Below are positions 9,704 to 18,590 of a stretch of 64,000 bases of DNA, in pieces. Below the pieces are notes generated by a model, which made no database searches, was not told the origin of the DNA, and saw nothing but the letters and a program-made list of their open reading frames with translations. Origin of the DNA: a virus. The stretch lies in the IMG/VR virus record IMGVR_UViG_3300047311_000323, positions 32,001-96,000 of that record, one strand, 5' to 3'. The first letter of the stretch is position 1. Each line of letters opens with the position of its first letter. A program made the position numbers and the translations under genes.

Positions 9704-10321
9704 ATGGCTTTTTTGGGAATCAGAATACCACACGAAACGGCACGCTTACTAGCTCAGATTGATGTACCAGGCGAGAAAATCGCTACATCTGAGATGCACA
9801 TCACCCTTTTGCACTTTCAAAGCGAATGGCCTATCTCCGAATTGGCCAAATCATTGGAAGCTACCTACGAGGTGGTTTCTAAGTTCCATCCATTCCTGGC
9901 TAAGATAAATAAGGTTAGCTCGTTCCCTAAAAATCCAGAAGGTGTACTACCCGTTATTGGCAAAGTAGATTCTGATGACTTGATGGAGCTACGTAAAAAG
10001 TTAGCCGAGAATTTTGATGATGAGAACATCGACTTCTCTAAAACGCACAAAGATTTCAAGCCACACGTAACTCTAGCGTACGCAGAAGAAAAACCGGATG
10101 AAGAAAAGTTCCATCCGGTTGAATTCGTGGTTTCAGAGATTGTATTGTGGGGTGGCGACCACGGGGACGATCGAATTTTTGTTACGTTCCCGCTAGCAGG
10201 CCCAAAGATGGATAAGAATGCTATCTTACTCAAGAAGATTGAAATCTTCGAGAAGATTGCCGGCAATCCTTTACAGGATTACTTGACTCCATCTAAAGAG
10301 CGCAGAAAAACTGAGCGTTAA
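9704..10321 (+). CDS. 2H phosphoesterase (2',5'-RNA ligase/LigT/Acb1-like fold)
   Basis: Two HxT motifs (MHITLL, PHVTLAY) at the spacing of the family. The likely start is ATG 9704 (GAGGA upstream), because the track's TTG 9656 overlaps the divergent gene. Confidence 0.85.
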   Translation: MAFLGIRIPHETARLLAQIDVPGEKIATSEMHITLLHFQSEWPISELAKSLEATYEVVSKFHPFLAKINKVSSFPKNPEGVLPVIGKVDSDDLMELRKKLAENFDDENIDFSKTHKDFKPHVTLAYAEEKPDEEKFHPVEFVVSEIVLWGGDHGDDRIFVTFPLAGPKMDKNAILLKKIEIFEKIAGNPLQDYLTPSKERRKTER

Positions 10322-11217
10322 ATCAATCTACGAGCACGCAAATGTCTTAGTCTTGCAAATGCCGGATTGATAGCGCTGGTCATACTGAATACACCCAAAC
10401 CTCTTGGTCCTGGACGCAAGCTGTTCTTAATGTACTTCAGCTTTTCCCAGTAGTGAGCTAGTAGTGTGCTGTATTGCGTTTGCATCAGCTCAGAAACCGT
10501 TGGTGGGTTGAAACTCAATCCGTTATCCGTGATTTGGAATTCACGACCACGTTCGATTAGTGCTTTGGATGATAGCGCGTATAGTGTAGCACCTTCAACT
10601 AGAATTTCACCAAACTGATCCACGAAATCATCATCGTCAAACTTGAAGAAGGTGAAGTAAGGTACTTGGTTGAAATCCCACAGAGCGGTAGCAATAAAAG
10701 TCGTAAGCATTGCGATAGAAAAGATATCGCAGTCAACATAGATGGTGTTACCATAAGCGTCGGCTGATTTCGCTTTACCAGCACTGTTAAGTCTAGCTTT
10801 CAAAGACTTGATTAGCTTGTTGATGTTGATAGTGGCACACTGCGAGTAGCTGAACCCTGGGTCATCTCCTAAATGGACATAACCATCAGAGTTGATGCTT
10901 GGAATCTGTGTATGGTCAACAACGAAGGTAAAAGTAGTTTCTACACGAAATCCGTTGACGTAGCCAACCCAGATATCGTTGAAGGCGCCGTATGGTCCGT
11001 TGATTGGCACGGTAAAGATATAAGAATACTTGCCGGTCGAGATTTGGCTAACTCCCGCTGAGGTCGGTGCTAGGGCCACCAGGCCGCTTGGTTGAACGAT
11101 AGAAATTGTTGGGAACGAATCAGTGTTGACTGGGTTACCCATCATATCCTTAAATTGTACGGTTAAATTGACTTGATCTGTAACGTCAATTAATTCACCG
11201 CGCGCTTTGATCGTCAT
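10318..11217 (-). CDS. Head-tail connector/neck-like structural protein
   Basis: Ig-like N-terminus; C-terminal helical domain (EGATLYAL...ITDNGLSF...LKYIK) resembling connector proteins; context. Confidence 0.45.
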   Translation of the reverse strand: MTIKARGELIDVTDQVNLTVQFKDMMGNPVNTDSFPTISIVQPSGLVALAPTSAGVSQISTGKYSYIFTVPINGPYGAFNDIWVGYVNGFRVETTFTFVVDHTQIPSINSDGYVHLGDDPGFSYSQCATININKLIKSLKARLNSAGKAKSADAYGNTIYVDCDIFSIAMLTTFIATALWDFNQVPYFTFFKFDDDDFVDQFGEILVEGATLYALSSKALIERGREFQITDNGLSFNPPTVSELMQTQYSTLLAHYWEKLKYIKNSLRPGPRGLGVFSMTSAINPAFARLRHLRARRLI

Positions 11218-11579
11218 GTGGCAGTTCCTACTGTTACTCCGTAATTACCAAACGGAGCAGTTACAATTAGTTGGAAAATCGTTTGATAGAAATTGGGTGT
11301 TCCCGGTCCATTGTAGGTTACGTCTACTAAGTAGCTTCCAACTGAGGCCCCACCTGTTGGTAAAGCAAATTGGAAGTAATAAAGACCCGTATCCAGTCTA
11401 GTCATGGATTGAGGGAATCCAGTAGCCAGCGTCAAATTTGGGAAGATAATTCTGGTGATTTCAGGCGTAGCGTAACCATCATGTGGAAGTCCAGAATCCG
11501 CACGCTGGCCGTAACCGTCCTTAGTTTCTAGGAAAATTGTGGCTTTTTGTCCAGGGAAATAGTAGAGTAAAGTCGTCAT
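11214..11579 (-). CDS. Small Ig-like structural protein
   Basis: MTRLDTGLYYFQFALP...GSYLVDV resembles the N-terminal domain of the adjacent 10318-11217 protein; ATGA coupling. Confidence 0.5.
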   Translation of the reverse strand: MTTLLYYFPGQKATIFLETKDGYGQRADSGLPHDGYATPEITRIIFPNLTLATGFPQSMTRLDTGLYYFQFALPTGGASVGSYLVDVTYNGPGTPNFYQTIFQLIVTAPFGNYGVTVGTAT

Positions 11580-11649
11580 AGTTATCCTAACACTTATACA
11601 GTTCTATGCAGTTCTAATGCTGCAATACCAGAGTCAACTCTAATTTATC

Positions 11650-11663
11650 AATATGTAAGCATT
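11650..11663 (+). promoter_or_regulatory. ATAW-N5-YATW motif (candidate late promoter)
   Basis: AATAT-gtaa-GCATT, 13 nt upstream of ATG 11677. Confidence 0.55.
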
Positions 11664-11676
11664 ATGATGTATTACT

Positions 11677-12105
11677 ATGAAAAAAAACACTACCCACTTT
11701 TGGATAACCAACATGTCACCAAGGAATGTTACCTTGGCAGATTTGGCCATGAATATCAGGGCCTTTTCTACAGTTGATCTGTTGGATAAGAGACACTATA
11801 AATACACTCTGGAACAGCTTCTAAAATCTAAGGAATCTGGTTCTTTATTTAAGAAGAGTAATATGATTGTAGTGCGTGAAGTAGCTCCACCTGATCCGGA
11901 AAAGAACAGAATAGCAATTGTATATGGCTCCATCATCCCAGACAGGGTACGCTCTCTCTACAAGGTTAATGAAGAAGAGTACGAAGAGCTGAAAGTCTCA
12001 AATGAAGACCAGAAGAAGCAAGATGAAATCTATGCCGAAGAAAACGCTGATCTAGCTGAGATTGACTTGCAGAGAAGCGTTATCAACCCACCTAAGAAGG
12101 TATAA
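11677..12105 (+). CDS. Hypothetical protein; remote member of the N-terminal 'anchor' domain family of 13948/15768/25949
   Basis: FWITNMSPRNVTL...DLL...TLEQL...GSL pattern parallels FxVxNxS...DL(M/L)xxPGxxExxIR...GxL. Confidence 0.55.
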   Translation: MKKNTTHFWITNMSPRNVTLADLAMNIRAFSTVDLLDKRHYKYTLEQLLKSKESGSLFKKSNMIVVREVAPPDPEKNRIAIVYGSIIPDRVRSLYKVNEEEYEELKVSNEDQKKQDEIYAEENADLAEIDLQRSVINPPKKV

Positions 12106-12107
12106 CT

Positions 12108-12293
12108 ATGCATTCTCGCAAACGGTTAGCTAACGTTATTGATCAGATTCTAACATCCGAAAAGGAGCAGTTAGAAGAAGTCGAGGCATCCACAGTTGAC
12201 GACTATAAAAAGTTGAACGACAAGTGTGATGAGGTTATTTGTAAGATAAAGAAGAGGAAAGGCAAGTCCAACATCCAACAATCTGGAGAATAA
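12108..12293 (+). CDS. Small hypothetical coiled-coil protein
   Basis: Directly follows 12105 and is TAATG-coupled to the next gene. Confidence 0.55.
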   Translation: MHSRKRLANVIDQILTSEKEQLEEVEASTVDDYKKLNDKCDEVICKIKKRKGKSNIQQSGE

Positions 12294-12604
12294 TGCCTGA
12301 CAACAGGGACAAAGATAGAATAATTCCTCTTATTGACCAAATCAACAAGAGAGATCTAGAAATCATTCTGGAGGTCAACAGAAAAGCTGTTGAAATCGAG
12401 ACGGCGGTTGCCGATCAGAATGAAGAGATCATTACTTTGCTTAATGATAACCAAGAATCACAAGAAAACATTGAGAAGAAACTAGATAAACTTTTAGATC
12501 ATGCCGAAGACACATCTAAAGACCTATTCAAGATTCAAGTGCTATTTGTTTCCGGACTACTAGCTTTAGTAGCTCAGATCATCCAAATTTTTCTGAAGAA
12601 GTAA
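12293..12604 (+). CDS. Coiled-coil protein with a C-terminal TM anchor (possible lysis accessory)
   Basis: Heptad-rich body then LFVSGLLALVAQIIQIFLKK. Confidence 0.55.
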   Translation: MPDNRDKDRIIPLIDQINKRDLEIILEVNRKAVEIETAVADQNEEIITLLNDNQESQENIEKKLDKLLDHAEDTSKDLFKIQVLFVSGLLALVAQIIQIFLKK

Positions 12605-12838
12605 TCAGTTCTTCATAATTTCGACATTAGTTGCTTTTGGCGTCCCGTGTTTATTAACACCGAGACCAAAGGAAACTTTTTGATGTTTGTAGAGGGTTTT
12701 GAATCCTTCACAAGCGACATCAGAGAAGTGAACAAACATGTCTTTCTGTTTGACACCTTCTTTTTCCCAGCCAATGAATCCAAAACCACGCTTTGGGTCA
12801 AACCACAATACTTCGCCGTAAAACTTTTCGTCGGTCAT
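12605..12838 (-). CDS. Cold-shock (CspA-family) RNA-binding protein
   Basis: RNP1 GEVLWFDPKRGFGFI, RNP2 DMFVHFS, and GFKTL...KATNV. Confidence 0.92.
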   Translation of the reverse strand: MTDEKFYGEVLWFDPKRGFGFIGWEKEGVKQKDMFVHFSDVACEGFKTLYKHQKVSFGLGVNKHGTPKATNVEIMKN

Positions 12839-12840
12839 GT

Positions 12841-13182
12841 TTACTTATCCTTATATACTAACTCGCCATCCACCCAAAGTTCTCCCATATGGGAGTCCAA
12901 ACCTGGAATGACTAAGGTGTTACTTTGCTTCAAAGAAGCGAAGCATTCACCTAACAGTTTGTATACCTCTATTGCGCCGTACTTGCTAATATCCTTCTTC
13001 TTTTCGTCTGTATTAGCCTCGCGCATTAGTTTATCAAATTTTGCAAAAAGAACAAGCATGTCCTTTTCACGTCCCGCCCATTTGGCAACTGTAAGAAACT
13101 TTTTACGGGTTTCTCTTTCACTAGTGACCTTTTCACTCATATCATCTGGATTTGATGTGTCCATTTGAAAATTCTTACTCAT
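12841..13182 (-). CDS. Hypothetical protein
   Basis: Sits in a tightly packed minus-strand operon. Confidence 0.6.
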   Translation of the reverse strand: MSKNFQMDTSNPDDMSEKVTSERETRKKFLTVAKWAGREKDMLVLFAKFDKLMREANTDEKKKDISKYGAIEVYKLLGECFASLKQSNTLVIPGLDSHMGELWVDGELVYKDK

Positions 13183-13498
13183 GACTGGCTCCGATTTTGA
13201 AAGACTTGTTCTTGAATTCTATGTAGGGCTTATCAATGCCCTCAATGTTTCTTTTTCCATCTAGTTCGTAAATAAGAGTGCGCCCATTTGGCGGTTGTGT
13301 GGATGGATATACACCGATGATTTTGAGTCGGCCTGTATGGGTTAATGCATGACAGTTAGCACACAAAATTGCTAGGTTAAAGTCATGGTTGGTAGTGTTT
13401 AATTCTGTTCTTTCTATAATATGATGCAATTCTAGTAGCTTAGGGTCGCAAACATTGCACGATTCAATCTCACATTTATTCTTAACTAACTTACTCAT
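13175..13498 (-). CDS. Small HNH endonuclease
   Basis: CEIESC...LELHHII...NLAILCANCHALTH. Confidence 0.8.
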   Translation of the reverse strand: MSKLVKNKCEIESCNVCDPKLLELHHIIERTELNTTNHDFNLAILCANCHALTHTGRLKIIGVYPSTQPPNGRTLIYELDGKRNIEGIDKPYIEFKNKSFKIGASHE

Positions 13499-13515
13499 GC
13501 GCTTTCTATATCAGG

Positions 13516-13857
13516 TTAACGAGTGGCCCAAGCTTCTACACGAACAGTGCCGGTACCGGAAAACCAAATCTTAGTAATCGGTCTATTCTGAAATATTAAC
13601 TCTCTTGGAGCAGTAGCCAAGCTACCATCAAGGGTTCCATGCACATCAGTACCATTAAAAGAGTATTGGATGTTAGTTGCTGCAGCCGGTACCCAAAACA
13701 TTACAGTATAGGTAGGGAAAGTAATGAGAACGTCACAATTGGTTACGAAAGTACCCGGTGTGGCCGAGCCTGGAGTAACAGTCTTGAAATAATTGAAGCT
13801 TTTACCCCATGTAATCGGGGCAAGTGGGTTATTTGTGCGGTCGTAAGGAAATCCCAT
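13516..13857 (-). CDS. Small beta-rich putative structural protein
   Basis: GGAG SD; own ATAW-N5-YATW motif at 13875-13888; jelly-roll-like composition. Confidence 0.55.
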   Translation of the reverse strand: MGFPYDRTNNPLAPITWGKSFNYFKTVTPGSATPGTFVTNCDVLITFPTYTVMFWVPAAATNIQYSFNGTDVHGTLDGSLATAPRELIFQNRPITKIWFSGTGTVRVEAWATR

Positions 13858-13898
13858 TGTTATACTCCTACTACTATATAGAATTATTACCTAAAAAG

Positions 13899-13925
13899 AA
13901 AAGACCCGCCAAAAGCGGGTCTTTT
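13899..13925. terminator. Rho-independent terminator (bidirectional shape)
   Basis: AAAAGACCCGC-CAAAA-GCGGGTCTTTT, just downstream of 13948-15642. Confidence 0.85.
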
Positions 13926-13947
13926 TGAAATTACTTATTGAATCAAG

Positions 13948-15642
13948 TTAGTCAGTTTTTAGAATTGATGCAAAATTAAGTGGGTTAACTGCATTTCCAC
14001 CAAATCCAGTGCCTGCGCCTCGTGCAGCAACTAAATTTGCCCAGGAATTAGTTGTAGGTCCGACATAGGTACCATCACCTACTGGAGCATATGTAGAAGT
14101 TGCGGTTCCAAGAACGAAGTCATTAGTTCCCGGAATAGAACCAGTAATAGATGGAACATAGCCATCACCAACATAAGCGAAAGTGGACCCTGATGCTACT
14201 CCAACGCCACCACCAGCTTGTCCAGATCCCCAAAGTGCCTTAGAAATATTAGGCCCGCCAACCGTGCCTCCACCATTATTTGAGAAAAAAGTAACGCTAG
14301 AAGCACTTGATACCATCAAACCATGACCGGCAAGATTAGAGCCTCCATTACCACCAGCAACACCATCAAATATTGCTGCAGAGAAAAGTCCTAATCTATT
14401 AGATCCAACAATTGATAGTGACGTGCCTTGCCAAAGTACATCAACGGCGAACTGAAGGGCAGAACCAGTTGGTGAAAACCCAGTTGCACCGCCTCCGATA
14501 TATCCACCAGCATAAAATCTAACAAGACTACCACTAAGAGGTCTAATAAGCTGTCCAGTTGGCTGACAACAGTTTTGAAGGTTGTTAAATGTTCCTGATG
14601 CTGGTAATATGGATTTAGAAAACTTGCATTCATATACCGTACCCGATGTGTTTGTAGAAAGTTCAGGACAATAATCACCGGTAAGATCAAGATCTCTAAA
14701 AAATAAAGCTGACCCAAATGGAGGGCCGGCGGAATTAGTGCGTATTTGCATAACCCTAATAGATCCCAACTTAAGAGTATATAGAGTTTGCAATACAAAA
14801 GTATCAGTATTAGCTATTGCAACTTGATTTGCATCAGCAATCAAAGATCCAATAGTTGGTTTAGTACAAGGCTCACTTAGACGCCAAGCATTTGCTGTAA
14901 GGTCTTTAGCTGTCCAGAAATAAGCGCCTACGGTTGAATCAAATATACGTTGAGCAACAGTTACGCCACCAGTTGCAGTAAACTGCCATGGAGTATTAGT
15001 TGCACGGTTTCTTTGGGTAACAGCCGTTACTGTTAATGGGGTAGATACGGCCACTCCGCCAAGGAATAGTAGACGAACGTTACCGTCTAAAACAACATCA
15101 ATATTAAGGGGGTCTGTAGTTGGAGCGTGACCTAACATATTAACAGTAATGGTGACACCTGGAGCGGTATTAGCTCCAGTTGGAGATAGCAAATTTCCTT
15201 TGCCCCAACGAGATGACAACTCTGCAACAGTTTTAATTGCTGTACCGATAGTAGTCCCATCATTAACATCAGATCCATTAGTAGGATCAACATACCAGGA
15301 TGTTTGAGTCAGTGGATTATTGGTAAGAGCAGAGCCAGATGCCCCGCTTGGATTAATACCGATACTTTTTAAGAATCCACTTTGAAGTGGGTCTGATGTA
15401 TTGAAATTAACGGTAGATGCAAGTACCTGTAAAGCGCCACCTGACAGAAGATTTTTAAGTGGGCCTTTGAGAACCGCAACCCTAATATCTTCTTCAGTTA
15501 CTCCAGGAACATCCATAACGTCAAGTTGACCACCAGGGTTTATCTTAGTATTGAATACTTTGATAGACCTATTTATAGAACTATTGTTTTTTACAACGAA
15601 AGTAATAGTCGCGCTGGGATTAAATGCTGACGGTGATGACAT
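13948..15642 (-). CDS. Tailspike/receptor-binding-like protein, paralogue A
   Basis: Shares its first ~150 aa with 15768-17543 (anchor domain plus WYVDxxNGxDxNxG); divergent beta-helix-like C-terminus. Confidence 0.6.
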   Translation of the reverse strand: MSSPSAFNPSATITFVVKNNSSINRSIKVFNTKINPGGQLDVMDVPGVTEEDIRVAVLKGPLKNLLSGGALQVLASTVNFNTSDPLQSGFLKSIGINPSGASGSALTNNPLTQTSWYVDPTNGSDVNDGTTIGTAIKTVAELSSRWGKGNLLSPTGANTAPGVTITVNMLGHAPTTDPLNIDVVLDGNVRLLFLGGVAVSTPLTVTAVTQRNRATNTPWQFTATGGVTVAQRIFDSTVGAYFWTAKDLTANAWRLSEPCTKPTIGSLIADANQVAIANTDTFVLQTLYTLKLGSIRVMQIRTNSAGPPFGSALFFRDLDLTGDYCPELSTNTSGTVYECKFSKSILPASGTFNNLQNCCQPTGQLIRPLSGSLVRFYAGGYIGGGATGFSPTGSALQFAVDVLWQGTSLSIVGSNRLGLFSAAIFDGVAGGNGGSNLAGHGLMVSSASSVTFFSNNGGGTVGGPNISKALWGSGQAGGGVGVASGSTFAYVGDGYVPSITGSIPGTNDFVLGTATSTYAPVGDGTYVGPTTNSWANLVAARGAGTGFGGNAVNPLNFASILKTD

Positions 15643-15683
15643 TAATTACTCCTAAAATTACGGTCGACCGTGCGACCTATTAT

Positions 15684-15697
15684 AATAAGGGAATATT
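15684..15697 (-). promoter_or_regulatory. ATAW-N5-YATW motif (candidate late promoter)
   Basis: AATAT-tccc-TTATT upstream of 15642. Confidence 0.55.
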
Positions 15698-15713
15698 GCT
15701 AAGTATCTTAAAG

Positions 15714-15747
15714 CAAAACGGACTTATTCATCATTGAATAAGTCCGT
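15714..15747 (-). terminator. Rho-independent terminator
   Basis: 13-bp perfect stem ACGGACTTATTCA/TGAATAAGTCCGT with a 4-nt loop, followed by TTT on the minus strand. Confidence 0.8.
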
Positions 15748-15767
15748 CCCACCAACTCACATTTTTA

Positions 15768-17543
15768 TTAGAACGTCATATCAGCAGTCAATATGGCGTG
15801 AGCGTTCTTATCAACATTATGGAGACTTCCTGCGGAAAGCAGGTTTGCCCAAGTCGTTGTAACGGCTGCATTATATACTCCAGTTCCAGAATTGTATGAC
15901 TGAGCTGAATTTACTCCACCAAGCGCAAATTCACCCGATGTACCTGTAAGTTTCAGGTTTGCTCCAGCAGTTGAAGCTGGTTGATTAGATGGGTTTCCGT
16001 AACCAAACGTGCAGTTTGAACTGATGAAGACACCGTACCCAGTATTGTTGGCGCCATATAGATTTGTTCCTTGGGCAGCATTTGCGTTAGAAGAGCACCA
16101 GAAAGATCCGTTGAGTCCAACCTGTCGGCCACCAACCAAGATTCCATGGGAAGGTGAATCGAAGATTCCTAGAAGAGAGCATCGAACACTTCCGTGGATG
16201 ACGATAGGGGCGAGACCTCCGACACCTCCATAGGAAAGGAAGGATGTAATGAAACTCGCAGTACTTCCCACTTCAATATAGATAGTTCCATTAAGGTTCA
16301 AACCTGCGGAGAATTGAACGGGCTTAAAGAAACGTGCATTACATCCTGAAGATGCCGCTCCAATAGAGTTAAATGAGCAGTTGATGAAATAATTGATTGC
16401 ATCAAATCCACCAGTGTTTGAGTTAGTAACCTGTGTTCCTGCGTTATCGATAATTGTCGAAGAAAATTTACAGGAGTTAAAAATCGCGAAAACATTTCCG
16501 GCTGAGATGCACACCGCAGCATCATGGGAATTTCCAGTATATCCTGTAAGATCAACGTTCATAACTCCAAGGCGAGATGCTGAAGTCGCATCGGTATCGT
16601 TTCCACCAATCTGTGCTCGAATATCAACGTCACCCCAGACGAGTGTAGGAAGGTCTTCTATAACAAAAGTATCGCCGGGAACAATACTGTTCGTAGGAAT
16701 AGCATTGGTGGCGCCGAATGCTGCGGGATTAAACTGATAACTGTTCGTTCCTGGTTGGCTGATATTACATGGATTTCCTGCTCCATTCGTTTTTGCGACC
16801 CAAAAAACCGCGTTATTGGCCGTACCACTAGTCATACGAAGACGCTTTCCGACATACAAAGACCAATCTGCAACTCCACCAGAGTTGAACGTCGCTTGAA
16901 CGTTATTGGTTTGATCGGATGCAACGAACGTACTAACAGTGCTCGTAAGGAGAGTTGTTGGCGTACCGATAACCGTTATAAATGAACCAATTTTTGTAGT
17001 GACATTTAGGTTCAGTGGATCGGTCTTTGGGATACTTGAAAGAATATTGATCGTTGTGAAATAGGCAATTTGTCCATTCGAGTTAAGGCGGGAGCCAGTG
17101 AGCGTTGGATATCCAGCTCCAATGCGGCGAGTTAATTCAGCCAAAGTTTTGATTGGAACAAGTGATGTGGCGCCACTATTTGTGTCAACGCCATTTACCG
17201 CATCAATATACCAGTTTGCTTGTGTCAGCGCACCAGAAGCAGATGTACCAACAGGTATTCCAATGCTTGTTAAAAAAGCTCCATGAACAGCATCTACGGT
17301 TGTAAAATTAACGGTAGATGATACTACCTGTAAAGAACCTCCTGCTAATAATGCCTTAAGAGAACCTTTAGTAACCTCTGTTCTAATGTCTTCTTCAGTT
17401 ACTCCGGGAACATCCATCAGGTCAAGTGTACCACCTGGATTGATTTTAGTGTTGAAGATTTTAATAGAACGCCCAATTGAACTATTATTTCTGATTATAA
17501 AGCTTATGTCAGTACTTGTATTAAATGCAGATGGTGATGGCAT
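15768..17543 (-). CDS. Tailspike/receptor-binding-like protein, paralogue B
   Basis: N-terminus MPSPSAFNTS...DVPGVTEEDIR is nearly identical to paralogue A; C-terminus is divergent. Confidence 0.6.
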   Translation of the reverse strand: MPSPSAFNTSTDISFIIRNNSSIGRSIKIFNTKINPGGTLDLMDVPGVTEEDIRTEVTKGSLKALLAGGSLQVVSSTVNFTTVDAVHGAFLTSIGIPVGTSASGALTQANWYIDAVNGVDTNSGATSLVPIKTLAELTRRIGAGYPTLTGSRLNSNGQIAYFTTINILSSIPKTDPLNLNVTTKIGSFITVIGTPTTLLTSTVSTFVASDQTNNVQATFNSGGVADWSLYVGKRLRMTSGTANNAVFWVAKTNGAGNPCNISQPGTNSYQFNPAAFGATNAIPTNSIVPGDTFVIEDLPTLVWGDVDIRAQIGGNDTDATSASRLGVMNVDLTGYTGNSHDAAVCISAGNVFAIFNSCKFSSTIIDNAGTQVTNSNTGGFDAINYFINCSFNSIGAASSGCNARFFKPVQFSAGLNLNGTIYIEVGSTASFITSFLSYGGVGGLAPIVIHGSVRCSLLGIFDSPSHGILVGGRQVGLNGSFWCSSNANAAQGTNLYGANNTGYGVFISSNCTFGYGNPSNQPASTAGANLKLTGTSGEFALGGVNSAQSYNSGTGVYNAAVTTTWANLLSAGSLHNVDKNAHAILTADMTF

Positions 17544-17584
17544 TAAATGCTCCTAAAATTTACAACCTTTTGAGGTATCCCATA

Positions 17585-17598
17585 AATAGGAGATTATT
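17585..17598 (-). promoter_or_regulatory. ATAW-N5-YATW motif (candidate late promoter)
   Basis: AATAA-tctc-CTATT upstream of 17543. Confidence 0.55.
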
Positions 17599-17617
17599 GC
17601 CAATCTACTTAAAATTA

Positions 17618-18478
17618 TTACATTATGTAGTTAGCTACCGCATCTTTGTAGCCCTTTTCCATCATCTCTTGTATTTTCTCCGGCCTAAAGTCCAAAAGGT
17701 CTTCAATCAAATTAGTTTCTGGCCTAATGATGTTCAATTTAACGAGCTTCTTATGAGTCAGCATGTTTTGGGCTAGTATATTGTACATTTCTACCTTCTC
17801 AATATCATTAGCCATGATTTTATCAGTAGATAGGTCAATGCTGCGTTTTAGAATGTCAACAGTGGTCGGATTTTCGATGAATTTTTTGGTTCTAACAGCC
17901 GGATTGGTGATGATGACATCGATAATGTCGGCCCCAAGCTCTACTGCCTTCTTGATTGGCGAGATTTCTTTGATTCCACCGTCAGTCCAGAGCTGACCAA
18001 GGAATTCTACAGGCGTTAGCATGCCTGGGAATGAGGAAGAGGCGATAACAGCATCGATAAAGTGATCTGATGTCTGATCAAAAATGGTATACTTGCCTGA
18101 ACTAAGAGAAACGGTGCCTACATTTACCTGTTTTCCACTTTCCCTAATCTTGGCAAGGTCAATTTCAGATTTTAGAAGGTTATGTAGTGGCGAGCTGTCG
18201 TAAAAGCTCTTTTTCCAGATAGCGTGCCATCGACCAAAGGGAAACCAGCGCTTGTATATCGAGGAATTGTTTAGCTGAGACCACATTTCGGCCAGTTTGT
18301 TCGAAGACTCTATTTCTTGGCCAGATTTGTACATAGCTAGGAAGGCAACGTTGATAGCTCCAACGCTGACACCGCACAAGGCATCATAACTCACTTGTTT
18401 TTCGCCCAAAATGTATTTCAGCGCTCCGGCCTGATAACTACCTTTAGAGCCGCCACCACTCAACACTAGCGCTCTCAT
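17618..18478 (-). CDS. Patatin-like phospholipase
   Basis: Oxyanion loop SGGGSKG, nucleophile elbow GVSVG and catalytic DGG are all intact. Confidence 0.93.
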   Translation of the reverse strand: MRALVLSGGGSKGSYQAGALKYILGEKQVSYDALCGVSVGAINVAFLAMYKSGQEIESSNKLAEMWSQLNNSSIYKRWFPFGRWHAIWKKSFYDSSPLHNLLKSEIDLAKIRESGKQVNVGTVSLSSGKYTIFDQTSDHFIDAVIASSSFPGMLTPVEFLGQLWTDGGIKEISPIKKAVELGADIIDVIITNPAVRTKKFIENPTTVDILKRSIDLSTDKIMANDIEKVEMYNILAQNMLTHKKLVKLNIIRPETNLIEDLLDFRPEKIQEMMEKGYKDAVANYIM

Positions 18479-18530
18479 TTGACCTCTCTGACTTAGGGTC
18501 CTACAATGAATATATCAGTTTAATGAGTGG

Positions 18531-18567
18531 AAATAACAATGCCCAGCGTTTAAGACACTGGGCATTG
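18531..18567 (-). terminator. Probable Rho-independent terminator
   Basis: 10-bp stem CAATGCCCAG/CTGGGCATTG followed by TTATTT on the minus strand, downstream of 18591-19499. Confidence 0.65.
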
Positions 18568-18590
18568 AAGTCTTTCAATTATTTCTATTC

